Shown piece after piece: positions 58,874 through 64,000 of a stretch of DNA of 64,000 nucleotides. The position numbers and the translations under genes were made by a program. The notes under the pieces are model-generated. The model was not told the DNA's origin, made no database searches, and worked only from the letters and a program-made list of their open reading frames with translations. This DNA comes from TPA_inf: Saccharomyces (Eukaryota), in NCBI GenBank assembly GCA_000146045.2, contig BK006938.2:320001-384000 (forward strand). Direction: 5' to 3'. How positions within the stretch are numbered: the first letter of the stretch is position 1; each line of letters starts with the position of its first letter.

Positions 58874-61438
58874 CTACAAGTAATACTGTAGAATTTCGTT
58901 CTGGGAGTGAGGCTCCAAGGGAGAAAGACTGCTAATAATCATTTCTTTCAAATTAGAGCTTCCGATCGGAACATCATCGCGATAGCGATACAGAAATAGC
59001 AGGCCATTTATATCATTCTTACCGAATTTTTCTTGGTAGAAATTCAGCCAATCGAAGCTATTGTTAGATATTTCGTTTAATGGGAAATTTTCAGAATACT
59101 CTTTTTCAAGGCTCTTCGTGACTACTTTCTTCAAAATTGGATCAAAGGGGGTGTCGTTTCTTGTGGCATGTAACAAAACAATGGCCATACTACCAAATAA
59201 ACCGCTCGTGGTGCCAAATCTCTTAGCGAATTTGTTTAGAGAAGCAAAGCACAAAGCTAACTTTCCAATTCTGTAGTTAAATTCAAAGTCCAAAATATAA
59301 TCCCTTTCGTCTTCTCTGACTTGCATGGAGTAGTTATTATAAAATTCGGTAGCGAAGTCCTCCATTGGAGTGGAGGTTTCAATCAACTTTTCGCCGAATA
59401 CATCGTTATCTTGATCACTCGGATAAGCAGCAACACTCTTGGCTTCAGTTTCTTTCCGTTTGTTCATAGCGGCTGCTTCCTTCTTAGCTTTTTTCTTTTG
59501 GCTGCTACTATTTTGGCCATTATTTTGGATTTCATCTGAATTTTCATCTAAAGAATCGGACTTTCTTTTTAAGCGATCATCATGCATTTGAAAGTAAAGC
59601 TTTGATGCTTCCTTCATTGCGCGAACATACATGGGTTTGGTATAAAGTGCCTTTCCCCATTCTAACATCTCCAGATAGGCTCTTGGCGTACCTTTTCTCA
59701 TACAGTATGAATGGAAATCCAACTGGTCATCTTCGAATTGTTTATAAAACTTTGGAATAGCGTTGAATCTTTTCAGCGCCAAACCTTTATATTTGCGAAC
59801 AAGCCATTGGTTTTCTTTGATATCATTCGCAATTTGTTCGCTTTTATCACTTTCAACCTCTTTTTTTAGCGATGCTAAATCGTCTAATTTCTTTTTTCTA
59901 TCCAGGTATAGTCTATAATAGGCTTCTGCCTGTTCTACGATGAACCAAGAAGCTTCCACAAGGTGTAAGTCCTTAATACCATTAACAGAATCATCGTTTT
60001 TGGTGAAAAGGGACGCGACTTCCACCGCCTTGTCGATATTGTTAGCCCTTAAAAAGTACTTAACCGTTTTACAGTTGATAAATCTATCCTGCAAATCAAG
60101 TTGCCTACCTTCCTCCAAAATTCCAGCCGCTGTGTCCATTAGGCCTAAGTGCTTCAGGATACGTGCCTTGAGGATGTAAAACTCAACTAAAGTTGGGGTG
60201 TGGTCAAGGGCAGCATCAATATATTCTTGGGCTTTCGGAAAATCCTTAAGGAAAAGGAAATGTTGAGACAAGTAATAATTGGTCCAAATAAAAGGAATTG
60301 GATCCTGCGTAGGATCTAATCCGGACAAATAATCAAGGACAATTTTCTCCAATAGTGGTGAAACCTTGGACTTCCTTCTTTGGTAAAGGGGTTTCACGTT
60401 GGAAAAAGTTGCTGGAACACCGCGCTCCAATTGAGGCAAAACATATTCTCTCAATTTTTTGCTGAGCTCTTCTTTGTCTTGAAGGAAAGTTAATGGAATA
60501 AATTTGGGTGGTTCGCATCTTGGATAAAATTGTTCAAGTTTTCCATACAAAGCCTTCTTCAATTTATTGTCACCTTGGATTCCCAAGGATACTTCCAGTA
60601 ATTTGTAGTACTTAAAATTATCTGGATTTCTCTTGATCAGAGTTCTATAAACAATGGACGCGTCTTTCAATTGACCCAATTTCATGTAAATAGTTGCTTT
60701 TCTCTCTAATAAACCAAATTTATCAAAGACGCATGGCTCGATATCATTCAAATGTTTCAATACATTTTGTAACTTGTCTTGGTTATCACTGGCAGCTTTA
60801 TACATAATGTCGTTTTTGTACATTAAACACTCGCTGTGTTCATATTTCTCGGAATCAGATATTTTTCCCTCAGCGAGTTTTTCAAACTGAGATAAAGTGT
60901 TAATAGCTTGTTGCCTCTCACCGTTCACATCTTGTGCCACAGCCAATGATGTCCAGTTGGCACGGTAACCAAGGAATGCTTCCCAATATTTTTTCCTGGA
61001 CACTAAAGCATTTTTGAAATCGCCAATTTGTGATTGCAAAGTTGCTAAGTCTCTATATATTTGCTTGTTAGTGGACCCATTGTTCAAAGCTGCCGTGAAC
61101 CATTTAATAGATTCTTTGTACTCTTTGGTGTTTCTCATGTAGATACCTAATACATGACAGCAGATTGGTGATGCTGAAGCGCCTTCAATTTTTCTGATGG
61201 CATTAGCCACGTAGGAAGCAGCGTCATCTTTCTCACCTACAGAATATAAATCAAGACCCTTTAAAGCCAAGGAATCAACGTGACTACCGTCTTTTTTCAA
61301 AATTGCGTCTAGCAGCTTGAGAGATTTTTTGTATTGCTTCCCTTCGTATAGTTTCAATGCCTCGAGGAACTGGTCATTTTCTTTTTTCAAAGCTATTTTA
61401 GCTGCTGGCTTGGGCTTAGTACTTCTTTTCCTAGACAT
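58874..61438 (-). CDS. NAT1: NatA N-terminal acetyltransferase auxiliary (ribosome-anchoring) subunit; TPR-repeat protein (854 aa)
   Basis: 854-aa TPR-rich ORF with a basic K-rich segment; size and synteny match YDL040C. Confidence 0.93.
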   Translation of the reverse strand: MSRKRSTKPKPAAKIALKKENDQFLEALKLYEGKQYKKSLKLLDAILKKDGSHVDSLALKGLDLYSVGEKDDAASYVANAIRKIEGASASPICCHVLGIYMRNTKEYKESIKWFTAALNNGSTNKQIYRDLATLQSQIGDFKNALVSRKKYWEAFLGYRANWTSLAVAQDVNGERQQAINTLSQFEKLAEGKISDSEKYEHSECLMYKNDIMYKAASDNQDKLQNVLKHLNDIEPCVFDKFGLLERKATIYMKLGQLKDASIVYRTLIKRNPDNFKYYKLLEVSLGIQGDNKLKKALYGKLEQFYPRCEPPKFIPLTFLQDKEELSKKLREYVLPQLERGVPATFSNVKPLYQRRKSKVSPLLEKIVLDYLSGLDPTQDPIPFIWTNYYLSQHFLFLKDFPKAQEYIDAALDHTPTLVEFYILKARILKHLGLMDTAAGILEEGRQLDLQDRFINCKTVKYFLRANNIDKAVEVASLFTKNDDSVNGIKDLHLVEASWFIVEQAEAYYRLYLDRKKKLDDLASLKKEVESDKSEQIANDIKENQWLVRKYKGLALKRFNAIPKFYKQFEDDQLDFHSYCMRKGTPRAYLEMLEWGKALYTKPMYVRAMKEASKLYFQMHDDRLKRKSDSLDENSDEIQNNGQNSSSQKKKAKKEAAAMNKRKETEAKSVAAYPSDQDNDVFGEKLIETSTPMEDFATEFYNNYSMQVREDERDYILDFEFNYRIGKLALCFASLNKFAKRFGTTSGLFGSMAIVLLHATRNDTPFDPILKKVVTKSLEKEYSENFPLNEISNNSFDWLNFYQEKFGKNDINGLLFLYRYRDDVPIGSSNLKEMIISSLSPLEPHSQNEILQYYL

Positions 61439-61984
61439 ACTTCGTTAGGGTCAATCGCCTTCCTCAATGGTATTTGTCTTAAACAAGGAATCTGAACATC
61501 ACTTTTTAAAAAGGTTTGACTTTTGAGTGTAGAAACTTTTTCATTTTCGCTCTTTCCTCTTTACTCTGTATTATGTTCTGTTTCGACGCGGAGCAGGGTA
61601 AAAAGTGCATACGCAACCCAGCGACCTCATTAGCAAGGTCATGCAATTTGGTGGCACATTTCAGGCCTATCATGTCTCCAGTTGTACAATAATGAAAATT
61701 TAGCAGTATTCCCCCTTTAAAAGATTAAATAGCGATTATATAATCAACTCAAAGAGTTTCCTTAGCAGTCCTCTCTCAATTTTGAATTGTCGAATGTCAT
61801 GGCGTTCTCGAAGCACTTTGCATACTTCAAGGAGTGGACAGAAAGAGTCTGATAATAATAATTTTTTATTGAATCCGAAGATATTCTATAATCAAATTTA
61901 ACTATTATTCTATGTAAAATCTATAATTGGTTTATATGGTATACGAACGAGAATGGCGTAGGGACATGAAAGATGGTAGAATGA

Positions 61985-64000
61985 CTAAATGAAAGCTAGA
62001 GGAAGAGCGGCAGCGAGCCACACCAATTTTCCTACTGCTTCAATGTTTGCGCTGCCTTCCATGATTAATGAAATGCTGGCAGATGATGTAATGGCTCCTG
62101 TTGATACAGCAGCAATGGAATGCTTTGATGTGATAAATGCGTTAGTAGTGGTGGTCGTGAAGGAATTTGTATAATGAATGGCACTGGATTGACTAGAATA
62201 ATCTTTAGTTGAGGTACCAGAAACACTTTCTAGAGAGGCAGCTGCAGAAATATTGTCCTCAATACTGTGATTCATTACGGAAGCAGTTGATTGAACGTTA
62301 CTTATAGTAGACGTTGATGCAGGAGAAGTCATAAATGCAGATTGTTTGGTGATGGTAGTGTCTTTGGGACCCGAGTAATTTGGGTTCCCAACCTCAGACT
62401 GAATGTTAATGTTTGAAGTTACTAGTGTTGTATGGCGAGTCGAGTCAGTAACTCTACTGACAATATCGGTGACGCTTGCGTGAGCTGATGCATAAGTTCT
62501 ATCTAATGTGATTGGATGAGCTGAGGAAGATGAGCCGACTAAACCATTTTCACTGGCTAGAGTCGTTGGGTCTGCTGAAGTTATGCTAGGATATGAAGAT
62601 TTAGTTGATTGGAATGCGTCAACTACAGAAACAGAACTTTGGGTCTTCGAATCATTGCTGCTAACTGGCATATTAGGCTTGATTATACTTGTTGCGCTTG
62701 ACCTACTCGAGGAAGCCGAATCAACTGGGGTTAAAGTTACAATCGAAGAACTTGAAGTGGCCGAAATTCCTTGCTGTCTAGAAAGGCTTAGACTTTCCGA
62801 CGCAATTGGAATGCCCGTGGAAGTTGATCCGGTCGAAGCTGTTGGATATACTGGGCTATTCGAGACAGCGAAAGTGCTTGGGTCTACTTGAGATCTTTGA
62901 ATGGATGAGACGCTCAAATCAGCTGAACCAGTTGAGGAAACCATATCAGTTAGACTAGATGATACTGTTTGGGTATCTTGGCTGGTTGAAGTGGTTGAAA
63001 CCCTTAGAATGATTGTGTCAGAGAAAGTAGCTAGATCTGTTGAAGTAGTTGGACCACTTGGTCTGGTTGAATAAACTGAGGTTGAACTGACAATAAAACT
63101 GGTTGGTTCAGATGAAGTTGAACTAACTACAGAACTAGCTGGATCAATTGAGGCGCTACTGATGATAGTAGTTGCACCGCTTGAACTAACGATGGAGCTA
63201 ACTGGATCAATTGAAGTAGTTTGAGCCGCTAAAGTAGCTGAACCGTTTGAATTAGCAGAAATAGTCACAGTGCTTGAGCTAGTTGGGTAAGATGAAGTTA
63301 AACTGACAACAGAACTAGCCGGATCAACTGGAGCGGAACTGACTACAGAACTAGTTGGATCAACTGAAGTAGTTTGAACGGTCGAGGTAGTTGAGTCAGC
63401 TGAAGTAGTTGGGTCTGCTGAAGTTGAACTGATAACAGAAGTGGTTGGGTCAACTGAAGTAGCAACGTCACTTGAGCTAGTTTGATCAACTGAGGTTGAA
63501 ATGACTACAGAAGTAGTTGGGTCAACTAAAGTAGTCACAGCGCTTGAACTAGTTGGATCTGCTGAAGTAGCCACGTCACTTGAGCTAGTTGGATCTGTTG
63601 ATGTGGTTACCTCGTCAGAGCTTCTTGTACGATACATACCAGCAACACTTGATGAGGCATGTGGACCAACTGTTGTAGTAGACTCAATTAAAGATGTAGA
63701 GTCCGTGGAAGTGGAAATCACGACAGAGATATTTAGACTTGTTGAAGTAGTAATATCGTTTGAACTGACGAGAGAAGTAGTTGGTTCAATTGAAGTGGTT
63801 TGAACGGTTGAAGTAATCACATCGCTCGAGCTAGTTGGGTCAATTGAAGTGGAACTAACTGCAAAAGTAGTGGAATTGGCCAAAGTGGAATTGCCGATGT
63901 TGTTACTTGGACCAGCTGAAGTGGTTTGAACGGTCGAGGTAGTTGAGTCAGCTGAAGTAGTTGGGTCTGCTGAAGTTGAACTGATAACAGAAGTAGTTGG
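61985..64000 (-). CDS. PRM7: Pheromone-regulated Ser/Thr-rich mucin-like protein with C-terminal hydrophobic tail; 5'-partial, since the reading frame stays open to the window end
   Basis: Minus-strand ORF composed of degenerate ~15-aa S/T-rich repeats (…DPTSSSDVATSADPTSSS…) ending in the hydrophobic LVWLAAALPLAFI. Translating 64000..63884 gives PTTSVISSTSADPTTSADSTTSTVQTTSAGPSNNIGNST with no stop. The start shown in the ORF track is a TTG, not a real initiator. Position corresponds to YDL039C. Confidence 0.8.
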   Translation of the reverse strand, partial: PTTSVISSTSADPTTSADSTTSTVQTTSAGPSNNIGNSTLANSTTFAVSSTSIDPTSSSDVITSTVQTTSIEPTTSLVSSNDITTSTSLNISVVISTSTDSTSLIESTTTVGPHASSSVAGMYRTRSSDEVTTSTDPTSSSDVATSADPTSSSAVTTLVDPTTSVVISTSVDQTSSSDVATSVDPTTSVISSTSADPTTSADSTTSTVQTTSVDPTSSVVSSAPVDPASSVVSLTSSYPTSSSTVTISANSNGSATLAAQTTSIDPVSSIVSSSGATTIISSASIDPASSVVSSTSSEPTSFIVSSTSVYSTRPSGPTTSTDLATFSDTIILRVSTTSTSQDTQTVSSSLTDMVSSTGSADLSVSSIQRSQVDPSTFAVSNSPVYPTASTGSTSTGIPIASESLSLSRQQGISATSSSSIVTLTPVDSASSSRSSATSIIKPNMPVSSNDSKTQSSVSVVDAFQSTKSSYPSITSADPTTLASENGLVGSSSSAHPITLDRTYASAHASVTDIVSRVTDSTRHTTLVTSNINIQSEVGNPNYSGPKDTTITKQSAFMTSPASTSTISNVQSTASVMNHSIEDNISAAASLESVSGTSTKDYSSQSSAIHYTNSFTTTTTNAFITSKHSIAAVSTGAITSSASISLIMEGSANIEAVGKLVWLAAALPLAFI

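Overview
This window is Saccharomyces cerevisiae nuclear DNA from the left arm of chromosome IV. It runs from the 5' end of VAM6 (YDL077C) through to PRM7 (YDL039C), and both of those genes are cut by the window edges. Gene order, protein sizes and sequences match the S288C-type layout throughout. The order is RXT3, RPL31A, snR63, BRE1, AHK1, YET3, BDF2, CBS1, COX9, IDP1, PEX19, UBC9, SYO1, RPS29B, TSR1, RAD59, USO1, YDL057W, MBP1, PSA1, tK(UUU)D, MCH1, PBP4, SLC1, LHP1, KNH1, STP4, SIT4, NPC2, MRP10, FAD1, MTF2, PRP11, SIR2, NAT1, PRM7. I support 37 protein-coding genes (two of them partial), one intron-containing tRNA-Lys(UUU), one box C/D snoRNA and two spliceosomal introns (RPL31A and UBC9). 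In ten cases the six-frame ORF is longer than the likely protein because of an in-frame upstream ATG, and I give the internal start I believe is used. I see no prokaryotic-type elements, no Ty element or LTR, and no evidence for a previously undescribed system; this is ordinary, well-characterised yeast core chromosome. The observations most worth a second look are: (1) a (GATGA)7 microsatellite made of PAC-motif cores directly abutting an RRPE element in the SYO1 promoter; (2) a 2.8 kb ORF-free region between PSA1 and tK(UUU)D with a GC-rich core; (3) the GC-rich 1.56 kb divergent promoter between STP4 and SIT4; (4) the repetitive mucin-like PRM7 ORF, which carries a higher-order direct repeat of about 540 bp. 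Gene names come from recognising the proteins and their synteny, not from any database search.
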